A DNA stretch of 63,978 nt, counting the filler, from Octopus bimaculoides (Eukaryota): NCBI RefSeq assembly GCF_001194135.2. It is 8 parts of 8 records of this genome, joined end to end, with 100 filler letters (N's around TTAATTAATTAA, not from the genome) between each part and the next. Parts side by side here need not be neighbours in the genome. Positions count along the whole stretch, not along the records: positions 1 to 12,526 come from NC_068981.1; 7 more parts are not named here. One strand, 5' to 3'. How positions within the stretch are numbered: position 1 is the stretch's first letter; every line of letters begins with the position of its first letter. The notes under the pieces were generated by a model, which saw nothing but the letters and a program-made list of their open reading frames with translations, made no database searches and was not told where the DNA came from. The position numbers and the translations under genes were made by a program. Of this stretch, positions 1 through 9,867 are shown piece by piece.

Positions 1-99
1 AACAGTCTCTAAGAGATCTGAACAGAGACGAATTTGCCGGGTATAATTTGGTCTATTTATAGTTGATAGTAGGCTCCCAAGGCATCAGAAAAATACTCT

Positions 100-283
100 A
101 TCACGTGACCTTATTAGGGGCCATGATTGGTCAGTTTGCGTTCTGGCGGGAACGGTTCGAAGCAGTTGCCGCTTCAAATAATAATCAGTCACGTGATGAC
201 AGGGAAAGATGTTTTCCACTACGCCCGCGCTTGTTTATATTTAACAGCGGGGAAGATGGCTTCTTTGTGTATAATGGCGATAG
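100..283 (+). promoter_or_regulatory. CpG-rich promoter-like segment with an inverted pair of E-box/CLEAR-type motifs and a CCAAT box, followed by a candidate first coding exon (256-283)
   Basis: ATCACGTGAC at 100-109 and its exact reverse complement GTCACGTGAT at 188-197. ATTGG at 126-130. CpG density is locally high. AAG-ATG-G start at 256 reads MASLCIMAI+G and is followed by GTAGTT, a weak phase-1 donor at 284. Confidence 0.4.
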
Positions 284-629
284 GTAGTTTCACTACATAT
301 ATATACAGTAAAAATCCCATTCGGAAAAATGAAGTAAAAATGTAAATATCTTTAATTTTTATTTTCGTTCTCTAAGTTTGGCCACTCCTATATGTGTGTG
401 TGTGTGTGTGTGTACAAGAGTTAAGGAATGGAGTAGATAAGTTCCGGGCTACATATATTTTATAGCGAGCAGAACCTCAGAAGTGGTAAATATCCAAGCG
501 ATGTGTACACCGCAGGCTACTCTTCTGGCCAAGAGTATTTTCATTAAATGAAAGTTTACACTCTCGCAAGGAGAAACATGTTAACACATGGAAGATCCGA
601 TCAGAATTTTAGTCAAATGGTCTGACACC

Positions 630-882
630 TGTACTTATTTTTTTTTAAAGCCTGGCACTTTTCTATCGGTCACTTCTGCTAAACGACTAAGTTACGGGGA
701 CGTAAACACACCAACATGGGTAGCGACGATTTTTTTCAGTTTTCGTCTACCAAATCCATTCACACGGCTTTGGTCAGCCCGGGATTATAATAGGAGGCAC
801 GTACCTAAGGTGCCATGCAGTCGGATTAAACCATGTGGTTGGGAAGCAAACTTCTTACCACACAGCCACACCTACACCTATA
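630..882 (-). mobile_element. tRNA-derived SINE, family B (head, internal microsatellite, tail), partial
   Basis: Matches the family copies at 53605-54650 and 60276-60610 (ctaagttacggggacgtaaacacacc; ccaaatccattcac...cccaaggtgcc-like; cttaccacacagccac). Confidence 0.8.
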
Positions 883-898
883 TGTATGACTTATTGAA

Positions 899-932
<34 letters not shown>

Positions 933-985
933 TAAAATATTTATGAATTCCATCCAAAGGTTATTGTTATTACTGTGGAGGCGCA

Positions 986-1410
986 ATGGCAAATGCTCTT
1001 ATACAGACAGGAATTGCAGCTGGTAATTGGGAGAGGGAGGCACAAGACCGTGACGGATGGTGGAAGATTGTGCATGATGGTTGTTCAAGGTTTGAGCGGG
1101 AGAGAGTGAAGTATGAGAGAATTAGAAGGGGGGCTGTTGAAAGTGAGAGAGTGTTGCTTTTTATGTGTGTGGTTTGTGGGCAGATGTGTTTGAGTTGTGC
1201 AGGCCTGGTGAGCCATCAAAATTCTAATAGAAATCAACCCATGATAAACAATGATGTTACTATTAAAATTCATAACAGAACATGTGTAAGATGTGGAAGC
1301 GTGTGCCTCTCAGTTGGAGGTCTAAAAAGACATGTTAAGAGAGTGCATGTGGTGGCACCTGTTTCTCCTGCTAGCCAGCACAGTTGTCTAGTATGTAATA
1401 AAAACATAGG
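986..1410 (+). mobile_element. RTE-clade LINE ORF2 C-terminal fragment with tandem C2H2-like zinc fingers
   Basis: The ORF at 986-1492 reads WEREAQDRDGWWKIVHDGCSRFERER...FMCVVCGQMCLSCAGLVSH...CVRCGSVCLSVGGLKRHVKRVH...CLVCNK. This fits the WE..A.DR..W...V..G...FE and CxxC...GL.SH pattern that ends RTE/BovB-like ORF2. Confidence 0.75.
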
Positions 1411-1737
1411 ACTCCAAAATTTCAGCATTGCAGGTCCATATTTGGCCTGGAATGTTTTTAATTTACTCACAGTATTAGCTTTTAGATTATAAAAATTGTT
1501 ATCGTACAAAAACATTTGTCGCAAAAAAGTCACGTAAAAAATTCGCTGGAAACTTGGGAATCCAAAATTTCAGGATTGTGGGTCCAGATTCGGCCTAGAA
1601 TGTTTTTGATTTACTCACGGAGTCAGTCTGATTCCAAAGTGGCATGATATGTTGGGCTACCGCCTCTAGGAGTAAAGCTGGAAAAGTGTGACACACTGAC
1701 ATTCACATTTATTATATTATATTATAATATTGCGCTA

Positions 1738-1860
1738 AGGCGCCGAGGTGGCAGAATCATTAGCATGCCGGGCGAAATGCCGGGGGAAATACTTGGCGGT
1801 ATTTCATCTACCGTTAGGTTCTGCGTTCAAATTCCACCGAGGTTGACATTTTTAATCTGC
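1738..1860 (+). mobile_element. tRNA-derived SINE, family A, 5' part
   Basis: ggtggcagaatcattagcatgccgggcgaaatg...gttcaaattccaccgaggttgac matches the full copy at 55375-55606. Confidence 0.75.
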
Positions 1861-2337
1861 AAGTAAAATGGGGAGGGTTTTTGTAGATGTGATCAAATAT
1901 TTCGGTGTTCCTCGGATTGAAGGTTGACATGACTGGTAAGACATTTTTGCTTCTTGTTTTCCTAAGTTCATTGATATTCATTTGTTTCGTCTTGTTTATT
2001 CTGTTGGTGATTATGCCAGCAGGGAAGGCTCATTGGATAAATGTGTCCTTCAGTTCCTCTAGGGAAAAGCTCTTTGGATAAGAGTGTCCTTCATTTCCAC
2101 ACACACACATACACACAGGTGGACATAAAACCCATTCAATAAATGCTTTTTAGCCACTCCCCTGATAGAAACCTCCAAAGATTTCTTTTAGACAATAGAC
2201 ATTCGATCTATCACTTTCTAATACTGAACTCTACACCAAACTATATCTAAAGAAGACTTCAAAGAAAATTCTCCAGACATGTTCTTGAAGATAGACAGTT
2301 TTTACATCAAATTTTTCAAATTTTTATAAATTTTCAC

Positions 2338-2379
2338 TAATATTTGATAAGATGAAATGCATCGAAACTGGTAATATTG
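2338..2379 (+). ncRNA. Decayed type I hammerhead ribozyme motif
   Basis: (T)AATAT / TTGATAA (core CTGATGA with 2 transitions) / GATG-AAATG-CATC / GAAA / CTGG / TA / ATATT(G). Stems I and II still pair. Confidence 0.5.
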
Positions 2380-2730
2380 ATATTTTTATTCATATATTTT
2401 ATTAAATTCCCGCTTAAGCTGAAATGTCTTAGACTTAATTATGTGTTATTTACACCCACTTCTTTTTTATATATAAAAATTTGATTTGTAAAGATCTCTA
2501 ATCTTTTTTCAACTATATATATATATATATNNNNNNNNNNNNNNNNNNNNNNNNNNNNNNNNNNNNNNNNNNNNNNNNNNNNNNNNNNNNNNNNNNNNNN
2601 NNNNNNNNNNNNNNNNNNNNNNNNNNNNNNNNNNNNNNNNNNNNNNNNNNNNNNNNNNNNNNNNNNNNNNNNNNNNNNNNNNNNNNNNNNNNNNNNNNNN
2701 NNNNNNNNNNNNNNNNNNNNNAATAAGACG

Positions 2731-3318
2731 ATGACCAGCAAAATTGGACTCCTATATGCTAGAAATAGATGCCGAATCATCTAACCACGAAAAAAATATA
2801 TGTTCTCAGTAAAAATTCAGCGGCACTACAGATTGTAAAAGGGCAAGACAAATGAAAAAATACTAAATAAAAAAAACGATTAACCTACGTACCATGGTTT
2901 CACCTGTTAAAATTTACATAAGTAAATATCTGCAGGATCGTCAGCGTAGTCCGTCGATTAGCAATGCAATTTCCAGAACTAGACACAAGACGTCCACCCG
3001 AAAGGGAGCACGTGTAGAGTTCTACAAATTACATACAGTGTATCATTTCAAATTTCCTCAATCTGGCGCAATCCGGAAATAATTCTGCAGTTAATAAATT
3101 TTTGCAGCTAATTTACCGGTATGAGAACATTATTATATAAAATTTATTAATGAGGGTAGAAATTGATATTAATCAATTAAAACCAGTGGTCTAGCATATT
3201 AAAAAAATACGAAGATTAAAATTATATTACATACAAAAATAAGAGGAATGACCAGCAAAAGTGGACTCCTATATGCTAGAAATAGATGCCGAATCATTTA
3301 ACCACGAAAAAAATATAT
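2731..3318. repeat. 71-bp direct repeat pair (2731-2801 and 3248-3318) bracketing a hammerhead; resembles a partial tandem pLTR
   Basis: atgaccagcaaaa(t/g)tggactcctatatgctagaaatagatgccgaatcat(c/t)taaccacgaaaaaaatatat occurs twice with 2 mismatches. Confidence 0.8.
2885..2949 (-). ncRNA. Near-intact type I hammerhead ribozyme
   Basis: Minus strand: CTACG / CTGACGA / T-CCTG...ATTTAC-TTAT-GTAAAT...CAGG-T / GAAA / CCATGG / TA / CGTAG. Stem I is a perfect 5 bp and the core is canonical. The only defect is a U-U mismatch at the base of stem II. Confidence 0.75.
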
Positions 3319-3413
3319 TCATATTTGGGGGTATCTTTTCAAATGTCTTTATTTTGGCGCGCTGAGTCCGGAAATAACTATGCTGATGAGTTATATCTTC
3401 TATAATAATAACT

Positions 3414-3500
3414 ACTGAATCTCTTAACTCTTTGGATCCTCCTGGAATACCTTCTCAAAAACTGACACTGAAGAAAGGAGTTCCAATCATGCTTTTGATG
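3414..3500 (+). mobile_element. Helitron PIF1-like helicase fragment
   Basis: Translates TESLNSLDPPGIPSQKLTLKKGVPIMLL, matching the conserved Helitron/PIF1 motif EFLNSL.P.GLP.H.L.LK.G.PIMLL. Confidence 0.75.
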
Positions 3501-3713
3501 GCGGAAGAGGAGAAAGAGAAAAGACAGAGAGAAAAAAAAGAGTTTTTTTCACAATTTCTATCTTCGTGCAAAAAATTGTGGAAACTGGTTTAGTATTTGA
3601 ATAAATCTGTTTGCAAAATTTTAAAACGACTACTCGTTTTAAGATTCATGTACATTTTCAAACCCCAAAACAAATTCTCCGATATTTTTTGCTGCGTGGG
3701 AATATACTTCTCT

Positions 3714-3792
<79 letters not shown>

Positions 3793-4384
3793 AGACAGAC
3801 ACACACACACATATATATATTATATGTGTGTATATATGCTCATGCACACATACACACGCTCGCAAACACAGATGTTCAAATAAAAACAAAGAGCACTCAA
3901 CACTTACAAATTTTAAATATTCGAATTAAGAGTTTGACCGGGAGGTTCAAAACTTGAAGTTTCAAGAAAAACTCGCTTGATAGTCCTGACATACATAGAT
4001 AAAGTCTCACATATGTAGTATCGTGATCTAAAACTGAAACAATCATGAACTGCGATTATTCAAGTGATTAATAGGGAAAAGCTCTCTTTATAAATGTTTA
4101 AAATACAAACACAAGCAGGAAAGTCAACTCTTGTAAAGTTAGCTGACCAAAATTTGGGGTAAAAAAAAAAGACATTGTATGAATTTCGTCCAGAAACCAT
4201 GTCATTGAAGATATTTATGTAAATAAATCAATATGTAATTGAATGATTTTGTATATATCTAAAAAAATTTCGTACATAGTTTTGTCAGTATTAATTTAAT
4301 GTATTAAACAACAGAGAGAAAATTTACAAAATTTTTCAAATTTCATTTTTTTTTTCTTGTATTTTCTTTATAAAATTCATATAG

Positions 4385-4561
4385 ACTTAGACGAATGTTC
4401 TGAAGGAATCCATAATTGCCCTCCTCATATGATATGTCAAAATACAATTGGTAGTTTCAATTGTCTTTGTTCCTGGGGATATCGTTGGAATGGTGAAACT
4501 TGTACCGATATACCAATACCACACCTAAAACCGGATGATGCACTGCCAGTAAAGGTATCGT
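4385..4561 (+). CDS. Internal exon encoding a calcium-binding EGF-like domain plus a short stalk
   Basis: (D)LDECSEGIHNCPPHMICQNTIGSFNCLCSWGYRWNGETCT has six Cys with the cbEGF consensus D-x-D-E-C and C-x-N-x-x-G-S-F-x-C. Acceptor AG at 4383-4384 and donor GTAAGT at 4562. It is a symmetric phase 1-1 exon, as is typical of EGF modules. An alternative phase-0 donor is possible at 4555. Confidence 0.85.
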
Positions 4562-5439
4562 GTAAGTATTTGAGTCGTTGTGAAAACATCTTTGTGTTTT
4601 TGTCATTATCTTGTTCATTATTTTACTGACATTTGACGTTTGAGTGGCTTACACATCAGAGCTTCGAAATTTACGGTCCTCTACTTTCTGTGTTCAGTTC
4701 CATCTCTGTGACGTCAGGTATATATTTTCTCTTTTCAAGATCTATAAAGTATAGTATCTGTCAATTACTGGAGCCGATTTAATCGACAATACTCAACCAC
4801 TAAATTTGTAGACTTGTACACAATTTTCGAAGTTAATATTTCACTGTATTAAGAAGTTATTTGAGAAACAAAAGTTTCGTTTTATTTTATTCTCTGTAAA
4901 TATCGTCTAAATCGTATTTTTCAGTTTTCGCACATCAAAGACTCACAAAAAACATTACTTTAAAAGGTGTCATGGTTATTTAATAGTGGAAGCTTTTAAG
5001 GTCAAATCAAGGAAAGCTACTGTGATAGTTTCAATCTCATACTAGGGTGAATTCAACAAGAGTGAAAGCGGGAGGCCTCAATGATAACTTTATCTTTATG
5101 TAATATATTTAGGCAAGTCAAATTGGCAGCAGAGCTTATCCTTCTCCAAACTACATTCGTAGGAGCTGAAGTCTTTGTGTAACCTAAAGGAAAAATCGTC
5201 AATTTTTACAATACAGCTGCTACTGAGAGTAGTGAGTCGCTTCTACCATACGGTAGACTGGGTTACTTGAAAGCAAAATGTCTTGGTGAGGCACATTTGT
5301 GACTATATATGAATCAACGTCCTCTTGGTCAGTTGTCCGATAACTAGTCCATAACCTAGCCATAAACATTTCCCTTGTACATGATACAGAAGGACAGAAA
5401 TGGCCTACTTTTTTTTTTATCTAGAAAAATAAGTGGCAA

Positions 5440-5925
5440 GTTTGTGTGTTTGTTAATTTGTTACTTTAACTCCTCTGAGACTATCTAACAGACCTTGATG
5501 AAACTTGACACGTGTGGTGGGGCTTATGCCCATGCGGTCGCTTACGCACTTGCAATTTTTTAAAAATCAATTTTTAATCAGCATCGATTTTTCAAAAATC
5601 GTAAAATTTCGGCATTTTTCGCACGAGCCATCATGACATCAATTTGACGAAAAATGCCGAAATTTGACGAAAAATGTTTCATGGGTATAAGCAGACAGCT
5701 TATTAACAGTAATCTATTTAGCATTTGCTAATTCTTCATTTCAATGCAAATTGTTTTGATTTGCTAAAACTTATTATTTCAATTCGTTGTTTTGATTCCA
5801 TAGCGTTTCAGGTTTTGATTAGGTAAGAGCATTTTATTTCTCAAGCAAAATTCAGGCATTTTGCGCACTAGCCGTCGTGACGTCAATTTGATGAAATCTG
5901 CCCCAAAGCGTAAAATTTCGCCATT
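5440..5925. mobile_element. Unclassified non-autonomous repeat, possibly Helitron/DINE-like
   Basis: gtttgtgtgtttgtt...taactcctctgagactatctaacagaccttgatgaaacttgacac motif and internal short duplications (gtaaaatttcg, tcaatttga). The classification rests on resemblance only. Confidence 0.3.
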
Positions 5926-6437
5926 NNNNNNNNNNNNNNNNNNNNNNNNNNNNNNNNNNNNNNNNNNNNNNNNNNNNNNNNNNNNNNNNNNNNNNNNNNN
6001 NNNNNNNNNNNNNNNNNNNNNNNNNNNNNNNNNNNNNNNNNNNNNNNNNNNNNNNNNNNNNNNNNNNNNNNNNNNNNNNNNNNNNNNNNNNNNNNNNNNN
6101 NNNNNNNNNNNNNNNNNNNNNNNNNNNNNNNNNNNNNNNNNNNNNNNNNNNNNNNNNNNNNNNNNNNNNNNNNNNNNNNNNNNNNNNNNNNNNNNNNNNN
6201 NNNNNNNNNNNNNNNNNNNNNNNNNNNNNNNNNNNNNNNNNNNNNNNNNNNNNNNNNNNNNNNNNNNNNNNNNNNNNNNNNNNNNNNNNNNNNNNNNNNN
6301 NNNNNNNNNNNNNNNNNNNNNNNNNNNNNNNNNNNNNNNNNNNNNNNNNNNNNNNCTTACATACAGTAATTTAAGTGAATTATTATTTTTTTCTATCTCA
6401 GAATTCAAGTGTTTTTATTCTCAAAATTATACATCCT

Positions 6438-6514
<77 letters not shown>

Positions 6515-6539
6515 TAGACAGACAGACAAACAGACAGAC

Positions 6540-6573
<34 letters not shown>

Positions 6574-6974
6574 GGGCGGTCAGAAAGACTGAGCAAACAT
6601 TTATTTCTGGATGATGGAGGAAAGCAATGCTGAAATATTTCCCCAATTTACAATGGGTTCCCATCCTTTTCACAGGCAGATGGAGTATAAGGATTGGCGA
6701 CGTTGAAATGGGAAGTTAAAACATTCATATGTTTCCGATAAATATAAGTGGTGCAAAGGAAGAGAATTGGATATCATTGCAAAGTTTGTCTGTAATAATG
6801 GGTTTTCTATCTGCTTTGCATTTTTATTTCGCCATCCTACTTTTAAATATTCTTGAATGCAATATTTACCAGTTTGCCGATTTCTCGATTAAATCTATGT
6901 ATTCTTTTGTTTCTTTTCTTTTTTTTAGGTATCAGATTTACAATTCTCAATTCTAAACTTTTTCACTATTTTAT

Positions 6975-7905
6975 GATAGAAAATAAGTGTGGAAAGTCAC
7001 AGGTAAAGTAAATGATGTTTTAAGCCTGATTAAAGTAGAAAACATCAGTGAAATAAACCAGCTAATCTTAGCTTCTGCTAATGTGGTAGCTGACATAGTA
7101 GGCTACAAGCAAAAAACTGAAGATATAAAAGCAAATAAAAAGAAAGAACCAAAGTGGAAGAAGAAAATACGAATGAAGCTGGAAAATATACAGAGAGAAC
7201 TGGAGTTATTGAGTAGGGTAATGAGAAGAGAGCTCAAGAATAAGGTAGTAACCTGAAAGCTGAATGGACAGTACAGGTTAGAAGAAATAGGACAAACAGT
7301 GCATGAATTAACACAAAAGGTAACAACATTAAAAGCCAAATTGAAAAGTTATGATGCTAGACGCAAAGGTTTCGAACAGAATAGGTGTCTATTGAGGGAA
7401 TCAAATAGAAGGCGTCTATTTTAGGAAATAGAGGGAGGCCAACACCAAGGACTGATTCCAGATGCGAAAGAAAGTAAAGAATTTTGGGGAAGGCTGTGGA
7501 AGAGGCCGGTGAAACATAAAGAAAACGCAAAGTGGCTAACAAAGTTGGAAAAACTACTTGCAACTGTATCAAGACAAAACGATGTCAGAATTAATCTATA
7601 TACAGTGAGACAGAGGATAAGAAAATAGAAGATTAGAAAGGACCAGGCCCAGATGGAGTACAAGGGTATTGGCTAAAGAACTTTACACAGCTGCATAAAG
7701 GGATCGCTGCAGCAAGATCACGTCCCTGCCTGGATGACAAATGGACGAACGCTGCTATGCCTCAAGGATCCATTGAAAGGAACTTGGCATCAAATTTTTT
7801 TTATCTATAACCTGTTTACCACTGATGTGGAGACTTATGACCGGTGTCTTGGTGGAAGAGTTATACAGCCATCTAGAAAGTAACAATCTACTTCCAGAAG
7901 AAGAG
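6975..7905 (+). mobile_element. R4/Dong-clade non-LTR retrotransposon, degenerate N-terminal RT region
   Basis: Across frameshifts: EPKWKKKI, SKEFWGRLW, GPGPDGVQGYWLKNF, PAWMTNGRTLL.LKD, ITCLPLMWRLMTGVL.EELYSHLESNNLLPEE. Confidence 0.85.
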
Positions 7906-7957
7906 TTGTACCCCAGTGTCACTTGGGTGGCATGCACTGCTCTCTCATTCAATAATA

Positions 7958-8750
7958 TTAGGTTGTCAAGAAAGTTCTTGCGGTTTTTAACCTTTAAATT
8001 CAGATGCACATATCTCGGCTCAAACAAAACTTTATTAATCGAAGTAAACACCATTAGAATCAACACACTTTTGCCAACGCGAAACAAGTTTATTTATGCC
8101 AGTAGTGTAAAAATCCTGCGTTCTGGTGGCGATGAAGTCGTGTTTGGTATCATCTTGATTTTTGAAGCATTTCTCACGCAGGAAGTTGTCGAGATGCTTG
8201 AAAAAGTGGTAGACGGTAGGCGAGAGGTCTGGTGAGTATGGTGGATGAGGCAGAGTTTCGTAGCCCAAGTCGTTCAACTTCTGCAGGGTCAGTTGTGTGA
8301 CGTGCGGCCGAGTGTTGTCGTGGAGAAGAATTGGTCCTTTTCTATTGACTAATGCTGGCTGTTGTTGTCGGAGTTTCTTATGCATTTCATCCATTTGCTG
8401 ACAGTACTTCTCCGCCGTAATGGTTTCGCCTGGATCCAAAAAGCTGTGATGGATGAGACCGGCCGCAGACTACAAAACAGTCACCATGACCTTCTTTTGG
8501 CGCAACTTCGGCCTAGCTTGAACTGGAATAAGAAAATTGTGCTAATTTGCTTTTTGTCCATGTTGTATTCAACGTTCCTGAAAAAATGGTCTAATTACTC
8601 AAAAAGAAAATGAGTGACACGATTAGATAGAGCGAAAAACGGGCTTTAAAATGATATATAACGTCAAAGTAATTTAACGAAAATTAATTTGAAAATACAT
8701 CATTTAAAACCAAAATTTAAAATTCCGCAAGAACTTTCTTGACAATCTAA
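7958..8750 (-). mobile_element. Internally deleted mariner (Hsmar1/cecropia-like), 793 bp, with both TIRs and a TA TSD
   Basis: TIRs ttaggttgtcaagaaagttcttgcgg (7958-7983) and ccgcaagaactttcttgacaatctaa (8725-8750) match at 25/26. TA at 7956-7957 and 8751-8752. The ATG at 8561 (MDKKQISTIFLFQFKLGR) is joined to the C-terminal part KKVMVTV...LLHDNTRPH...HPPYSPDLSPT.YHFFKHL. Confidence 0.92.
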
Positions 8751-9024
8751 TACAAATCTTTTGATACTTCCTCTTATCCCTATGGTGCTAAGCATCGACT
8801 CCACAGAGCAACAGACTAATACTGTATAGGCTTTAACAATGCATGAAATTATACATACGTAAACGCTCAATGAATTATGTAGTTCACCTTTATAATAGAC
8901 AGACGCCGTGTGTTTGTTCTCTTTTGCATTTTGTTTCATACAAGATTTGGAAATATTATTCGTCTGACTGTCTAAAGCTAACAAAAATATTATATGTATG
9001 CTTTTTATTTGCTTCTGTTTTCAG

Positions 9025-9167
9025 ATGAAATGCAGCAGAATAAACAGTATCAAACTTCTGGCGAACAAAACATAAAAAATCAACACTATTTGAAAACAAC
9101 AATTCATATTTTTATTTATCTTACTGGGATAGGATATATAGTGTCTAAAATAAGTGTGATATTATAG
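9025..9167 (+). CDS. Candidate terminal exon with a hydrophobic C-terminus (TM or GPI-signal-like), in phase with the EGF exon
   Basis: Strong acceptor tgctttttatttgcttctgttttcAG (AG at 9023-9024). The phase-1 frame is open for 46 codons in AT-rich DNA: EMQQNKQYQTSGEQNIKNQHYLKTTIHIFIYLTGIGYIVSKISVIL*. Confidence 0.4.
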
Positions 9168-9263
9168 CATGAAAATATTTGAAAGAAATTGATATATCAT
9201 CTATTTACAATGAATATGTTATTATGTTCGTCCTTGTTGCTATTGTGGTTCATTAAGAAAACA

Positions 9264-9384
9264 AGATGCTTGAAAAACTGGTAGTCGGTAGGCGAGAGGT
9301 CTGGTGAGTATGGCAGATGAGGCAGAGTTTCGTAGCCCAATTCGTTCAACTTCTGCAGGGTCAGTTGTGTGACGTGCGGCCGAG
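9264..9384 (-). mobile_element. Second fragment of the same Hsmar1-like mariner family
   Basis: RPHVTQLTLQKLNELGYETLPHLPYSPDLSPTDYQFFKHL is nearly identical to about 8200-8310 and retains the third catalytic Asp. Confidence 0.85.
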
Positions 9385-9769
9385 ATTTACAGACAAAAGT
9401 CATTTGTTGTTCATAAGCTCCAGGCCAGATATTGTAAAGCAGAACAACAGTCAAAAGAGTACTTGCTGGGACCATCCATCTTTCCCCCCAGGCAGTGTAT
9501 TCAGAAGTACATTATCAAACGTATCGTTCCTTTTTTAATATATTAAGTAGAGTGTGATTTGAGGAAAGTTTGACCGTAATTTCTGGTAAGACGCACGACC
9601 ACAAAGAGGATTCCTCTTTAGCTTACAGCTCTTGCTTTATTCCCTTCGTTACTGATTGATCTGAATGACTAAAGTGCACGCTTGAAAAGGAGTATAATGA
9701 CAATAGAATCTCTAGAGCGACAGTCTGATTTGCTTAAAAATAAACGATTAAAGACAGAAAAATCTTGAA

Positions 9770-9867
<98 letters not shown>

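Noticed and set aside
3380-3420. CTGATGA followed by a GTTAT...ATAAC hairpin
   Set aside because: No GAAA or stem III follows, and it runs into the Helitron coding fragment.
5113-5185. Possible additional exon after tttag (ASQIGSRAYPSPNYIRRS*)
   Set aside because: Short frame, weak pyrimidine tract and no recognisable motif.
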